Of a DNA stretch of 64,000 bases, positions 18,864 to 29,959 are shown piece after piece; position 1 is the first letter of the stretch, and the number at the start of each line of letters is the position of its first letter. The notes below the pieces were generated by a model, which saw only the letters and a program-made list of their open reading frames with translations, did no database searches and was not told where the DNA came from. The DNA comes from Nitrosopumilales archaeon (GTDB taxonomy: Archaea; Thermoproteota; Nitrososphaeria; Nitrososphaerales; Nitrososphaeraceae). The DNA lies in the NCBI GenBank assembly GCA_044507735.1, contig JBIQJB010000004.1, forward strand, positions 33,083-97,082, in the 5' to 3' direction. Made by a program: the position numbers and the translations under genes.

Positions 18864-19474
18864 ATTTTCGCAACCAAGTTCTTGATATTTTCTGAATTGC
18901 ATACGTCAGATCTGCCGCCAATACTCTTGCAGATCAACGCTACAATGTTGTCTATTTCCGCCCTCATTGCCTGCCCTACTGGCGAGCTAGGATTGCCAAG
19001 CTCATCTCTCACTTTGGCATGATCCATTCCTTCGAGGATCTGAGGGCTATATCCGGATCCGACTTGCATGAATTGGCCATCAATGAGCAGAAACGGTATT
19101 ATCTGATCTGGGTTGAAGGTATCTAAAATTTCATAGTCCTTTTCTTCGAGCTCTTGTAGTGGTTCGAAATTCCTGTCTGCTGTTTCACGCCCGATAAATT
19201 CTATAAAGTCGCTCTCATATCTTGCGCGGGCAAAGCTCACAGTTGGAATATTCAGGTATTTCTCATCATGTCCCGCACTGGTGGTTTCAACTAGGCCATC
19301 CCACCTCCCAAATTTGCTAAGGGCTTCCACTATGGCCCATCGCTCTGCAGCGCAGAATGGGCAAAAGCCGGATCCCATGAAAAACACAAGCGACTTGCCA
19401 CTGGCCCTTTTTAGGGGTTCATTTGTAACATGCATAAACTTGCCTAGCACCTTTTTCGGGATAAAGCTGCTCAC
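18860..19474 (-). CDS. DUF929 family thioredoxin-like protein
   Basis: 'FMGSGFCPFCAAERWAIVEALSKFG', 'NIPTVSF', 'IPFLLIDG'. Confidence 0.8.
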   Translation of the reverse strand: MSSFIPKKVLGKFMHVTNEPLKRASGKSLVFFMGSGFCPFCAAERWAIVEALSKFGRWDGLVETTSAGHDEKYLNIPTVSFARARYESDFIEFIGRETADRNFEPLQELEEKDYEILDTFNPDQIIPFLLIDGQFMQVGSGYSPQILEGMDHAKVRDELGNPSSPVGQAMRAEIDNIVALICKSIGGRSDVCNSENIKNLVAKI

Positions 19475-19668
19475 GGACGCAATTCTTGTAGCCTATTTTA
19501 TTAAAATGTTCTGAATCCTACAGGGACAGGACTATCCCATGGATATAACGGGACAATGACGCAACATCAGATTCCAGCGGATGGTGAACAGTCCAGTCCA
19601 CGTTCCCTGGCAACTCAATACATTATCGAATTACTTTTGAGACTGAAAGAGGATAATGGAAGATATCA

Positions 19669-19926
19669 TCATTTGGTAATTACAGACTTTCTTCCCCACT
19701 GTGTTCTATAATAGTGAAGAAAGATCGTGGCCAGGAGGCTAGAGCAGACAATTGTAAAGAAAGGTACCAAGAGATTGTAAGGGTATTCTCGGTAATGCAT
19801 TTGTGTGGCTGAATGGCCAGAAACGATCGCTTCCGCAAAATTGAATGATGATACAAGTGCGGAAAGGAAAATAGTCACAATAACTACCGCAAAAACACCA
19901 AGCGATGACCTAGAAACCTCGATCAT
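19669..19926 (-). CDS. Small hypothetical membrane protein (2 TM)
   Basis: Two hydrophobic segments; ATG start. Confidence 0.4.
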   Translation of the reverse strand: MIEVSRSSLGVFAVVIVTIFLSALVSSFNFAEAIVSGHSATQMHYREYPYNLLVPFFTIVCSSLLATIFLHYYRTQWGRKSVITK

Positions 19927-20424
19927 TCGTTAAATTCGTCCACCAGATACACTATTAAGCAATAATCATAAAAAAGCGTGCAAGTTGTAAACTATCAGAC
20001 AATTTTCAAATCGCGATTATCAAATTATCGACTGTTGTCTGAGCTACTAGGTCAATAGTCTGGTTTTTAGAATTCAATGTGTAACGCTGGACACATTCTC
20101 CCCACCTACACTCATGCTAGAATGTGAGATGACACAATACTGTGAACCCGCAGACGTGATGCCTACAACGGTTTCTGTGCCGATGTAGTTTGAAGTGGCT
20201 ATTCAGACTCCAGTATCGATGCGGATACACGCGTATCAAGTATGCGAATTACGTCTCCAAAAGTACATCTTTTCGAAAAATCAATCTTGCTTGTTCCAGA
20301 TTCGTGGTGCGGAACACATCAATTGTTGTTAGCAAGCAATCATCAAGTAGAAATTGTTCACAAGTCTTAGTTGAAAATAAAGAAAAGGTGGTTGTGCAGG
20401 GCACAACGAGAGAGACCCTTGTCG

Positions 20425-20988
20425 TTACGGAATCGATCTGCTGTAGAGTTTTCCTTCCAGTGCTAGCTTGTACATTTCGGCTACATGTGGATTCTTTGCA
20501 GGTTTCTCTGCTTGGAGCTCAACTAACCTGGCATATACTCTGACGACGTATGCTAGCGCGCCCATAAATGCCAAAACAACTCCCATGTTGAACACCCAGT
20601 GGTTTGGAACAGAGAATATCTCTTCCACGAACCAGAAATGCCACAACTCATTCACACCGATCGCGAACATTGGCGCCAGGTATCCAATGATCGTCATCTT
20701 CAATCCAGTGTTGATAGAGTTGCCCGGACCCCTTAAACTGGGTACTTTTCGGTCGTAGAGAGCCACCATGCCCCACCCAAGTGGCAGAGCTATGAAGTGA
20801 CTGTACAGCCACCAGTGTGCCGGAGTAAATGCGCTATCTCTGATTGCAGTCTGATGCAATGATCCATCTACAAAATTGTCGACTTCTACTGATAGTGCCA
20901 CAGACGCGAGCACCACAAAGAAGACGAAAATTTTCTTCAGTCTTTGAATTTCCACTTCCTTTGGAATTAACGTAGGCATTTGTGCCAT
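20425..20988 (-). CDS. amoC: Ammonia monooxygenase subunit C (stand-alone copy)
   Basis: 'MAQMPTLIPKEVEIQRLKKI...EVDNFVDGSLHQTAIRDSAFTPAHWWLYSH...NELWHFWFVEEIFSVPNHW...EMYKLALEGKLYSRSIP', hallmark archaeal AmoC. Confidence 0.98.
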   Translation of the reverse strand: MAQMPTLIPKEVEIQRLKKIFVFFVVLASVALSVEVDNFVDGSLHQTAIRDSAFTPAHWWLYSHFIALPLGWGMVALYDRKVPSLRGPGNSINTGLKMTIIGYLAPMFAIGVNELWHFWFVEEIFSVPNHWVFNMGVVLAFMGALAYVVRVYARLVELQAEKPAKNPHVAEMYKLALEGKLYSRSIP

Positions 20989-21470
20989 AGCCGGGCGTAG
21001 TGATTGATATGCATCTATTAAATGTAACCCTTTTCTGAAAATCCCTTACTGATATATCCTCTATAGATCACAAAGGTTTATACTGTCCATTTTCGGCGAC
21101 TTTGACTGAGAAGAAAAATACGAAGGCTCATGCCAGTTACCGTAAATAATACTGTAACTTCGTTTCAGTTAGTAGTAATCATAGACCGGATAGACTGTTC
21201 ATAAAGGGAAGTGAATCAAACGCGCCAGAAAATTCGCATTTGATACATCACATACGTGCTGAAGAGGCCACATCGTTTCTGACTTTCAGGGTCTTGTAGT
21301 GTTGAGAATAAAAAAACGGCGAGTCCTTCAGATATCCCTCATAAAGGTTGGTTGCGTCATTTACAAAACTTCCTCGCCAAGGTCTGGCATTGTGACATAG
21401 TGCACGTGATGCGGTTCATCAGACAAATTAGGGCAGAGTGATTCAGGAGCGCATTGTTGATGGGTCAGGA

Positions 21471-23666
21471 CTAGCCATAAAATGTCTTGTCGATCGGCTT
21501 GGGCATGGCGTATGTAATGTTTTTCCTAATCGACTCGTACCATTCCTCGACATCCTTTGTGATGGATGGCCTAACCAGCCTTATCGCCTTTGAAAAGTCC
21601 GCATTGGAGACGACGTCAGATTTTCCTTGCATCGCGTTCACTGCAGCCTCCCTGCAGAGTGCCACCAGATCTGCACCACTGAAGTTTTTCGTCGACTGAG
21701 CGATGCTTGCAAGGTCGACATCGTTGCCAAGAGGCATCGCCTGTGTGATTATACGCAATATCTCCTGTCTTGCCTTCTCATCCGGCGGACCAACGTAGAT
21801 AATAAGATCCAGCCTACCCGGTCTGAGCAGCGATGTGTCGATCAGGTCTGGCCTGTTGGTTATTCCAATGACTACAACGCCGGCGCTGCCAGAATCGTCC
21901 ATCTCTGTCAATATTTGGCTGAGCACACGTTCGTTGCCCGACATGTCTTCTTCCTGTCCTCTTGGACGCGCAAGTGAGTCAAGCTCATCAAAGACTACGA
22001 TGCATGGCGAGGACGCCTTTGCCTTCCTGAAAATCTCGCGGATCGCCTTTTCAGATTCTCCGACCCATTTGCTCAGCACTTCTGGTCCGCGCACGACAAT
22101 TATGTTGGCGTTGCTCTCGGTGGCAAGTGCCTTTGCCAACAGTGTCTTTCCTGTTCCCGGCGGACCGTAGAGCAGCGCGCCCCGGGGAGGTTTAATACCC
22201 ATCTTGGAGAACTTCTCGGGCTCCTTTATCGCAGTAATTAGATTGTCGTGGAGAGTACGCTTGGCCTCATATAGTCCGCCAACATCGTTCCACTTAACAC
22301 GTGCGACTTCAACATAGAACTCCCTCATCGCAGTTGGAACGATCTCTTTCATGCCTTCCTTGAAGTCACGGTTTGTGATCACCATTCCCTCGAGGATCTC
22401 TGGCGATATCTTGTCACCTTCAAGATCTATTTCCGGCAAGTATCGCCTCAATGCCTTCATAGCAGCCTCTCTGCAAAGTGCTTTGATGTCGGCACCGGTA
22501 TACCCATGGAGCTCGGCTGCCAGGTCTTGGAGGTCGATATCCTCTGATAGCGGCATGCCGCGTGTGTGGATTTGAAGAATCTCCAGTCGGCCCTCGGCGT
22601 TTGGAACGCCTATTTCTATTTCTCTATCGAACCTACCGGGCCTTCTGAGTGCAGGATCTAGGCTTTCTGGCCTATTGGTGGCGCCAAGTACTATAACTTG
22701 GCCGCGATCCGACATGCCATCCATGAGTGCGAGGAGTTGTGCCACTACACGCTTTTCGACATCCCCGAACGCCTCTTCCCTCTTTGGAGCGATAGCATCG
22801 ATTTCGTCTATGAATATTATGCTAGGCGACGACTCACGCGCTTCTTTGAAGATGTCACGAAGCCGAGCTTCAGTCTCACCGTAGTACTTGTTCATAATCT
22901 CGGGGCCATTTATTATGAAAAAGTTTGCCTCGGATTCTGAAGCAAGAGCCTTTGCAATGAGCGTCTTTCCACAGCCGGGAGACCCATACATCAGTATTCC
23001 GCTGTGCGGTTCTATCCCCAATCTGGCAAAAACCTCAGGATGGCGCATTGGGAGCTCGACTATTTCTCGCAAGCGCTTTATCTGCTCTTTCATACCACCG
23101 ATCTCTTCATAAGTCACCCGTGGTTTTCTGTCGCTAGTGGTCTCGGCCATGATGGTCAGCTTGGTCGGTCTCTCGATCCTAGCTATGGTCTTTGGAGTAA
23201 CCCTTTCGACCCTGAAATCCATCTGGTTTCCAAGAATGACGACAGAAATCTCGTCGCCTTCAGTCACAGGATAGCCCTTAAGCCGGTTCTTTACAAAGTC
23301 ACAAAATTCCTTGTCTACAGTTATGCCACTTTCCGCCAGTGGCATCAATGTCACACTCTTTGCCTGCTTGCATTCGATCTTCTTGACGCTGAGCAGGTCG
23401 TTCAGCCCGACGCCTGCGTTCTTTCTCGTCTGACCATCAATTCGAATAATGTCGGTTTCCTTTTCTTCTTCATCTGCAGGCCATGCTGTTACTCCAGTGC
23501 TTCGCTTGCCTGCAATCTCTATTACCTCGCCAGATTGAATGCCCAGCTGATCCATGTACCTAGAGTCAATCCTTGCCCGCCGCTTGCCAACATCCCGATG
23601 TCTTGCTTCAGCAACTCTGAGCTGAATGGGTGCGGATTGATCGCCCCCTGTGCGGGCCTTTTTCAA
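21471..23666 (-). CDS. cdc48: CDC48/VCP (VAT) AAA+ ATPase
   Basis: N-domain plus two AAA modules ([15 protein letters not shown]; [15 protein letters not shown]), '[14 protein letters not shown]'. Confidence 0.96.
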   Translation of the reverse strand: MKKARTGGDQSAPIQLRVAEARHRDVGKRRARIDSRYMDQLGIQSGEVIEIAGKRSTGVTAWPADEEEKETDIIRIDGQTRKNAGVGLNDLLSVKKIECKQAKSVTLMPLAESGITVDKEFCDFVKNRLKGYPVTEGDEISVVILGNQMDFRVERVTPKTIARIERPTKLTIMAETTSDRKPRVTYEEIGGMKEQIKRLREIVELPMRHPEVFARLGIEPHSGILMYGSPGCGKTLIAKALASESEANFFIINGPEIMNKYYGETEARLRDIFKEARESSPSIIFIDEIDAIAPKREEAFGDVEKRVVAQLLALMDGMSDRGQVIVLGATNRPESLDPALRRPGRFDREIEIGVPNAEGRLEILQIHTRGMPLSEDIDLQDLAAELHGYTGADIKALCREAAMKALRRYLPEIDLEGDKISPEILEGMVITNRDFKEGMKEIVPTAMREFYVEVARVKWNDVGGLYEAKRTLHDNLITAIKEPEKFSKMGIKPPRGALLYGPPGTGKTLLAKALATESNANIIVVRGPEVLSKWVGESEKAIREIFRKAKASSPCIVVFDELDSLARPRGQEEDMSGNERVLSQILTEMDDSGSAGVVVIGITNRPDLIDTSLLRPGRLDLIIYVGPPDEKARQEILRIITQAMPLGNDVDLASIAQSTKNFSGADLVALCREAAVNAMQGKSDVVSNADFSKAIRLVRPSITKDVEEWYESIRKNITYAMPKPIDKTFYG

Positions 23667-23687
23667 ATCCTAGCCTCCGGCAATCTC

Positions 23688-23969
23688 TCACTTCATCTTG
23701 ACGGACTGCCTGCTGATATTCATTACTTCTATTTCGCCGACGCCTTCGACGTTCTTGATAGATTCTTCAAGTTTGTCCATTTGACCTTCTGCGTCTTCGA
23801 GCAAAAAGTCGCCCACTAGTGCCTTTAATCCAAAAGCAATTGGCTCCAAAGCGTGCCCCTTCATCTCCATGCCTGCTGGAAGGGAGGTCTTGATTGCCTC
23901 AACCACAGTATCAAGATTGGACTCTGCGTCTGCTGGCATTACTCTTATCCTAGCTACTAGCCGCGCCAT
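23688..23969 (-). CDS. ef1b: Translation elongation factor 1-beta
   Basis: 'RVMPADAESNLD...EPIAFGLKAL...DKLEESIKNVEGVGEIEV'; start ATG 23969. Confidence 0.95.
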   Translation of the reverse strand: MARLVARIRVMPADAESNLDTVVEAIKTSLPAGMEMKGHALEPIAFGLKALVGDFLLEDAEGQMDKLEESIKNVEGVGEIEVMNISRQSVKMK

Positions 23970-23971
23970 GT

Positions 23972-24151
23972 CTATGGACCCTCGAAGCCACACCCTACGC
24001 ACTTGTAGGGTCTTGCAAATTCACGGCACGATTGGCAGCGCCACATAAGGACATAACCACAGCTTGGACAGTAATACTTGACACATTCATCGTTAGGCAT
24101 AATTGGCCTGTTGCATGAGGTGCAGACCGGCAACTGTAACGGCTTGGACAT
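23972..24151 (-). CDS. Zinc-finger micro-protein, DUF1610/HVO_2753 family (not in ORF track)
   Basis: Hand translation: MSKPLQLPVCTSCNRPIMPNDECVKYYCPSCGYVLMWRCQSCREFARPYKCVGCGFEGP (59 aa, 4x CxxC, terminal GFEGP); the usual position upstream of EF-1beta. Confidence 0.92.
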   Translation of the reverse strand: MSKPLQLPVCTSCNRPIMPNDECVKYYCPSCGYVLMWRCQSCREFARPYKCVGCGFEGP

Positions 24152-24190
24152 ATATGAGCTGTCTTAAGGCTAACCGAATTTATATCTTGC

Positions 24191-25357
24191 TTAGCTGTCT
24201 CCTATAAGGCGCCTTATCTCGTTGCCAAGGATGGCTTTTGCCATGCGTGCGGCAGTCTTTGCGCCGAGAATCTTGGAAACAGCGGCGGAATGAAAATCAA
24301 AGTCGCCGCTTTTAGACGCTTCTTCAATTTTTTCCGGGGTCACTGCGGAGAACAGGTCGTCTATGGCCTTGTTGTCAAGCCGTTCCAGAAACCTGCGTGC
24401 AAGCGACATCTTTTCAAATTCTGATTCAAACATCGCCATCCAGTTCCTCTGATAATGTTCAAGAAGGCGATTGTCATTTTCCTTTGCAGATTCTGCTAAT
24501 GCCCGTCCCGCAAGGATGCCACCCATGCCACAAGTATAGATCCCACCTGCAGTAGTGGGTTTGCTCTGCCCAGCTGCGTCCCCCACTATGATCGTTGTCC
24601 CATCTGGCGAAATGAAATCTTTCAATGGTCCCCTAACCCATATTGGCGCGAACACCTTGCGCACGATAGAGCACTTGCCCTTGCTGTCGATGTATGATTG
24701 GAGTGCGCTTGCCGCATTGATGCCCCTTCCTGCCACACCGACCTTTCCTCTGCCTTGTGCAGTAGGGATTATCCATGCAAAGAAACCGGGATAACGCATG
24801 TTGTCAAAGACCACTTCTATGGTGTCGCGTTCTATCCATTGAGCATAGACTTCATACTGAGCCGACTGCAAGACGCCTTCTCTGTTCCTGCCGATTATTG
24901 AAGCCACACCCCTGGCGTCTACGAAATACCTGCAGAAGAGTTCTCCTTCGGATGTCTTGACCAAATAGTGACCGCGGCTATCTTTGGAGAAGGATCGCAT
25001 TGCGCACTTGACCTTTATCTCCGCGCCCAACTTTTGTGCCTGAAACGCGATCTGTTTGTCAAGTGCGCGTCTATCAAGTACCATTACATTTTGCTTTTCT
25101 GCACTTATTTCAAAGCCGTTATTTGGAGAGAGGATCCTAGCTCTTGCGATCCTTGTATTTTCGATTGCATTTATGTCCGGTACTACTCCTAGTTTCTGGA
25201 TGCCTGAGACGCTCACGAGTCCTCCGCAATGCTCTGGCGTCCCAATTTCGGAATCCTCCTCAAGCACCGCGACTGACAAACCACCTGCCGCTGCTTCCCG
25301 CGCCGCAAGCAAGCCGGAAATGCTTCCACCAGCCACGATCACATCATAGTCGGGCAT
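24191..25357 (-). CDS. Geranylgeranyl reductase family flavoprotein
   Basis: 'YDVIVAGGSISGL', 'IGTPEHCGG', 'DRRALDK', 'PGFFAWIIP', 'VGDAAGQSKPTTAGGI'; start ATG 25357. Confidence 0.9.
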   Translation of the reverse strand: MPDYDVIVAGGSISGLLAAREAAAGGLSVAVLEEDSEIGTPEHCGGLVSVSGIQKLGVVPDINAIENTRIARARILSPNNGFEISAEKQNVMVLDRRALDKQIAFQAQKLGAEIKVKCAMRSFSKDSRGHYLVKTSEGELFCRYFVDARGVASIIGRNREGVLQSAQYEVYAQWIERDTIEVVFDNMRYPGFFAWIIPTAQGRGKVGVAGRGINAASALQSYIDSKGKCSIVRKVFAPIWVRGPLKDFISPDGTTIIVGDAAGQSKPTTAGGIYTCGMGGILAGRALAESAKENDNRLLEHYQRNWMAMFESEFEKMSLARRFLERLDNKAIDDLFSAVTPEKIEEASKSGDFDFHSAAVSKILGAKTAARMAKAILGNEIRRLIGDS

Positions 25358-25402
25358 CTTGCAAAAGACCAGCAATGTATTTTTCACTCTGTTAATTAAA
25401 CC

Positions 25403-25771
25403 ATGGCTGAGATACCAGTGAATTTCAAGCAGGTCATGGTGGTCCGAAAAGACCTTGGCATGGGTACGGGCAAGATAGCGGCGCAAGTGGCGCATGCAGC
25501 CGTTATGGGTGCAGAAAGAACAAGGACGTACAAACGTGAATGGTTTGATTCATGGTTTGAAAGCGGCCAAGCAAAGGTTGTGGTCAAGGTGCAGAGCATG
25601 GAGGAACTGATAGAAGTAAGAAGGCGTGCTGAAAGCCTCAAGCTGCCGGTAGTGCAGGTGCAAGACAGTGGGCTTACGCAGATACCGCCGGGAACCACAA
25701 CTTGCATTGGAATTGGTCCTGCGCCTGTAGACCTTGTCGACAAAGTTACAAGGGACCTTAAGCTCCTCTAG
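25403..25771 (+). CDS. pth2: Peptidyl-tRNA hydrolase 2
   Basis: 'KQVMVVRKDLGMGTGKIAAQVAHAA', 'GQAKVVVK', 'DSGLTQIPPGTTTCIGIGP'. Confidence 0.96.
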   Translation: MAEIPVNFKQVMVVRKDLGMGTGKIAAQVAHAAVMGAERTRTYKREWFDSWFESGQAKVVVKVQSMEELIEVRRRAESLKLPVVQVQDSGLTQIPPGTTTCIGIGPAPVDLVDKVTRDLKLL

Positions 25772-26688
25772 TTCCTAATCAGGAGCAAGATGCCAACAAT
25801 TATCATGGCAGTTGCTATGCCTTGAAAGAAGCTAATTGATTCTCCAAGTGCTAGTGCTGCAACTACTATTCCGAATATTGGTGTCATCGAAAACACAGAC
25901 ATTGTCTTTACAGTGCCTATTCGCTTGATTCCATGAAGAAAGAACAAAAGGGCACCACCAAATCCTGAAACCGACATGCCTGCTATGATGAGCCAGAGAG
26001 TAGGCTCGATGCCGGCTATTGCAGGCCACTTGCCAGCGACAAGCGCAATCATCAGCAGGGCAAGACCGCCCACAAGCGACTTGACCATAGCTATCTTGGC
26101 CGGGTCAACGTTTGATGTCAGACGCCTGCTCACATTGTTATCGATTGCCCACATGAACATCGAAAGAAGAATCAGGATATTGCCTTCGCTGAACTCTATT
26201 ATCGCGTCTGACAGATTCAGATCAGTGGTGGCTATGAAAAGTCCAATTACAACTAGAACCACTGCCACGATCCCGAGCCTGCCGTGCGGCCTTTCGCCAA
26301 AAAATACCGCCGCCAATATCAAGGTAAATACGATTTCGCCGTTTGCGATTATAGCGGCGTCAGAAGCTTGTGTTTGCTCCAGTCCATAGAGCAAGAGTAT
26401 TGGTGCTGCTATGGCCCCAAAGATCGTTATTATTGCTAGGCGATAATAGTCAAGTCTTGTGTCTAGTCTGAAGGACGCCTTTGCAAACGGCATCAGACCC
26501 AGTCCGGCAATCGTATAAACCACTGCCGATAATGCAAGTGGATCTACTGTGTCAAGGGGGATTTTTGCAAGAGTGAAAACTGAGCCAAAGAGCGCGGAGG
26601 AGACTAAGATCGAAACGTACCCTCCCACCACATGTCGCCTGCCACTCACTGCGCCTTCTCTCGACAAACTAACAAAATACGTCGGCAA
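25768..26688 (-). CDS. DMT/EamA family transporter
   Basis: About 10 TM segments in two EamA repeats ('GLEQTQASDAAII', 'FFGER', 'ALGESIS'). Confidence 0.88.
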   Translation of the reverse strand: MPTYFVSLSREGAVSGRRHVVGGYVSILVSSALFGSVFTLAKIPLDTVDPLALSAVVYTIAGLGLMPFAKASFRLDTRLDYYRLAIITIFGAIAAPILLLYGLEQTQASDAAIIANGEIVFTLILAAVFFGERPHGRLGIVAVVLVVIGLFIATTDLNLSDAIIEFSEGNILILLSMFMWAIDNNVSRRLTSNVDPAKIAMVKSLVGGLALLMIALVAGKWPAIAGIEPTLWLIIAGMSVSGFGGALLFFLHGIKRIGTVKTMSVFSMTPIFGIVVAALALGESISFFQGIATAMIIVGILLLIRN

Positions 26689-26762
26689 TGATATTTCTGC
26701 CTACTCAAATGATAATGATGATGGCACTAGAGATATATGGTGGAAAATAGGCACTTTCTCTC

Positions 26763-28382
26763 GTGTCTAGCTCCTCTCGCAGCAGATCGGGCTCGTCATC
26801 AAAAAAGATCATTGTTTATGCGATAATCGGAATAATTGCTGTAGCTGCCGTTTCTGTGTCTGTTTTCGCGCGCCCTTCTCCGACTCAACCTCAGGTTGGA
26901 GGAAATAGCAATAGCAACAATGACGCAGAGGCACGAGAAGCGTTCGAGCAGATGTGGTGTGGCAAGGATGCTATGGCGAATTCGAATGGATACATTACAG
27001 AATTTGTGCTACCGCAGGAATGCGAAATGCCTGTTGGTATTGCAGTTGACGGCGACGAGGTCTGGTATGTATCATCAAAACAGGGACTTCTTGGAAGCTA
27101 CAATATATCTGAAGGCAGATTTGAAGAATTCAAGATTCCGGTGTGGCCTTCGCTTGACATGCCGTTTACTGCACTGTCATCATGGTCGTCCTCTTGGTCG
27201 GTTAAGCCCGACGGCAAAGGCAACATCTGGTTCACTGACGAGAAGAACGATGCCCTTTGGAGATTTAACAAGGCTTCGGAATCATTTGAGATATTCCCGG
27301 TTCCTGCCAGATACCCTTCGGCAATGGATTTTGACTCAAATGGCAACATCTGGTTCATCGGCATAAATTCAAAGTCGCTCTTTTTTGGAAATGTCGCAGA
27401 AATGAAGAATGGCACTTCTGACGGCATCACTGAAATCCCATTGCCCATGGACGCCTTTTCAGGAATCGACCCTCGCATTATAACTGCGGGAATGATGGTT
27501 GTAGACAATGAAAGGAATGATGTGTGGCTCTCGCTTCTTGCCTTCCAGCGTAAAGGCCAGCTGTTCCAGTATGACATGGATTCAAACGAGATTGTGAGGA
27601 CAGTGGACCTCCCTGCAGACCTAAGCTCACCCGTAGGAGGAGCAATCGACAATCTCGGCAACATTTGGGTCGGTGATCATGGAACCAACATATTCTTTAG
27701 ATACAGCCCCGCAACCGATGAGCTCACCGAGTTCACAACGTCAGTAGCCTCACCAAGGATTTTTGGAAGAGATACCACGCCTGCCACTGCTCATACATGG
27801 CCATACTGGCTCCAAAGAGCAGAGGATGGTTCTATCTGGTTCAATCAGCATACCGGTAACAAGATCGCACGCTTTGACCCTGAAACACGCGCCTTGACAG
27901 AGTATTGGATACCGACGCAGAATCCAAACTGGGCAGCATGTCCGCCCAATGCGTCCAGCTGTGGCATTGCAAATGCCATGCAGTTCGCTACAGCACAGAA
28001 TGGCCAGGTGTGGTTCTCTGAATGGACTGAAAACAAGATAGCTCGACTAGATGCTGCAAAGCAGGTTCCAATCGCAATCTCTGCAACTGATGAAATAACC
28101 GTTGCAAGAGGCAATAGCGCAGAAATCAGAGTCACGATTAGCGCGCCTGCCGAGTTTAATGGTCGAATGATTGCATCCAGCACTTTTACTCCGAACGGCA
28201 TGCTTGGTAATTCAACGGGAATATTCAGCGAAGAATCAGTGTCTTTGTCAGGAGGGTCGAAACAGATTTCCTTCACGTTCACACCTGCGCGAGACGTTTC
28301 GCCGGGACAATACGTAATCATGGTTGGCGCAGAAAATGACGAAATATCACAACTAAAGGCTGTCATGGTCAATATAGTGTAA
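26763..28382 (+). CDS. Membrane-anchored virginiamycin B lyase (Vgb)-like beta-propeller protein
   Basis: N-terminal TM; repeated 'DGKGNIWFT', 'DSNGNIWFI', 'DNLGNIWVG', 'DGSIWFNQHTGNKIARFDP', 'VWFSEWTENKIARLD'; C-terminal Ig-like domain. Confidence 0.82.
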   Translation: MSSSSRSRSGSSSKKIIVYAIIGIIAVAAVSVSVFARPSPTQPQVGGNSNSNNDAEAREAFEQMWCGKDAMANSNGYITEFVLPQECEMPVGIAVDGDEVWYVSSKQGLLGSYNISEGRFEEFKIPVWPSLDMPFTALSSWSSSWSVKPDGKGNIWFTDEKNDALWRFNKASESFEIFPVPARYPSAMDFDSNGNIWFIGINSKSLFFGNVAEMKNGTSDGITEIPLPMDAFSGIDPRIITAGMMVVDNERNDVWLSLLAFQRKGQLFQYDMDSNEIVRTVDLPADLSSPVGGAIDNLGNIWVGDHGTNIFFRYSPATDELTEFTTSVASPRIFGRDTTPATAHTWPYWLQRAEDGSIWFNQHTGNKIARFDPETRALTEYWIPTQNPNWAACPPNASSCGIANAMQFATAQNGQVWFSEWTENKIARLDAAKQVPIAISATDEITVARGNSAEIRVTISAPAEFNGRMIASSTFTPNGMLGNSTGIFSEESVSLSGGSKQISFTFTPARDVSPGQYVIMVGAENDEISQLKAVMVNIV

Positions 28383-28759
28383 TCTCAGAGCTGCTCTGGA
28401 TTTGTGCCAGTGATCTCGAATCTGAGTAGGTAGCGCGTACTCCGGCTGTGTTGCGGGCGGTGCCCTTTCGCTTGGAAGAAGGATGACGATACGGCATTCC
28501 CTGATCACAAAGTACCGAGTCGTGCAGACCTTGGCAAGTGCAGATATTTGAAGGCACAGAAGTCGCATAGATGAGTGTGCGGCTGCTAAGAACATTTGTG
28601 ATCAAGCTGTCAAAAAGATTCGCGAGTGGCTTCGGTGAAAAATCATGGTTCTTGGTTATCGCACCAACGTCTCATTCGGCCCCGTGAATGATCTCCATCG
28701 AGCAGAACCTGCTAAAGAGACTTCGCCTACGGAGAGGTCGATAGTGCCATAGAAAGGGC

Positions 28760-29959
28760 TCAATATCCGTCCAAGATGACTACCCCGGGCATCTCGTCAC
28801 CGGCAAGATAGCGAAGTGTGGCCCCGCCGCCTGTGGACACATGGCTCACTTCGTTCTCTGCCACTCCTGATTTCTTCATCGCTTCCAACGTATCACCGCC
28901 GCCAATGAGAGTCTTGCTACCGCGCCAGAATGCAAGGGCCATGCTCTTGGCAATATTTACAGTCCCGTTCGCAAACGCCCTTATCTCAAAAAGCCCCATA
29001 GGACCATTCCAAAAGATGGTTCCCCCGCGATTGCCACCCACTTCGGCTGAATACCGCTCAATAGTTTCGCTACCAATGTCATAGCCGGCCATATTCTCCG
29101 GAATGTCTCCCCTGACCATTGTGATCGAATTGTCACTTGGAGAGGTGGCACAGACATGATCAGAGGGTAGCATTATCTTGTCGCCGTATGTTGAGAGAGC
29201 CTTGGTAACCCATGGTAGGCGTTCCTCATCAATGAGCGATTTGCCAGTCTTCACTCCCTTTGCCTTAAGAAATGTGTAGGCGGCCGCGCCACCAATGATA
29301 ATTTTGTCGGCTTTTGGCAGCAAGTGCTCCAGCGCGCCGATCTTGTCCTTAATCTTGACTCCACCCACAACAAGAGTAAATGGCTTTTTTGGGTTGTCTC
29401 TTATCATGGAGAGGTACTCTACTTCCTTGCTCAGATTAAACCCTGCGAGCCGGGTATCGAACAGCCACGCGGCGCCGTATGTTGAGGAGTGTTTTCTGTG
29501 GGAAGTGCTAAACGCGTCATTAACGTAAATGTCTCCAAGTGCCGCAAGCTTTTTGCTGAATTCGGGATCATTCAGCTCCTCTTCTTTGTGAAAGCGAAGA
29601 TTTTCAAGAAGGAGTACCTCACCCTTGCTCATCTTTTGAATTTGATCCTCAACTTCAAGTCCGATACAGTCGGCTGCGAATCGTACATGCGAGGATCTGC
29701 CCAAGATTTCTGCAAGACGCTTTGCGACCGGGGCAAGCGAGTACTGCTTGTCAGGACCGTCAGGTCTGCCGAGGTGTGAAGCCAGTATAACCTTCGATCC
29801 GCGCTTTGTAAGGTATTCGATGGTTGGAATTGACATGCGTATTCTATAGTCTTCGCCAACAGATCCGTTGTTTACAGAAACATTGAAGTCGACTCTTACG
29901 AGCACCCTTTTGCCATCAAACTCAGAGTCAGAAAGGTCGGTAAGCGTTCTAAGGGCCAA
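28760..29959 (-). CDS. pgk: Phosphoglycerate kinase
   Basis: 'RVDFNV', 'SHLGRP', 'LLENLRF', 'YVNDAF', 'WNGPMGLFE', 'HVSTGGGA'; start likely TTG 29959. Confidence 0.95.
   Translation of the reverse strand: MALRTLTDLSDSEFDGKRVLVRVDFNVSVNNGSVGEDYRIRMSIPTIEYLTKRGSKVILASHLGRPDGPDKQYSLAPVAKRLAEILGRSSHVRFAADCIGLEVEDQIQKMSKGEVLLLENLRFHKEEELNDPEFSKKLAALGDIYVNDAFSTSHRKHSSTYGAAWLFDTRLAGFNLSKEVEYLSMIRDNPKKPFTLVVGGVKIKDKIGALEHLLPKADKIIIGGAAAYTFLKAKGVKTGKSLIDEERLPWVTKALSTYGDKIMLPSDHVCATSPSDNSITMVRGDIPENMAGYDIGSETIERYSAEVGGNRGGTIFWNGPMGLFEIRAFANGTVNIAKSMALAFWRGSKTLIGGGDTLEAMKKSGVAENEVSHVSTGGGATLRYLAGDEMPGVVILDGY

Noticed and set aside
23004-23819. 271-aa plus-strand ORF
   Set aside because: Antisense shadow of cdc48 and ef1b.
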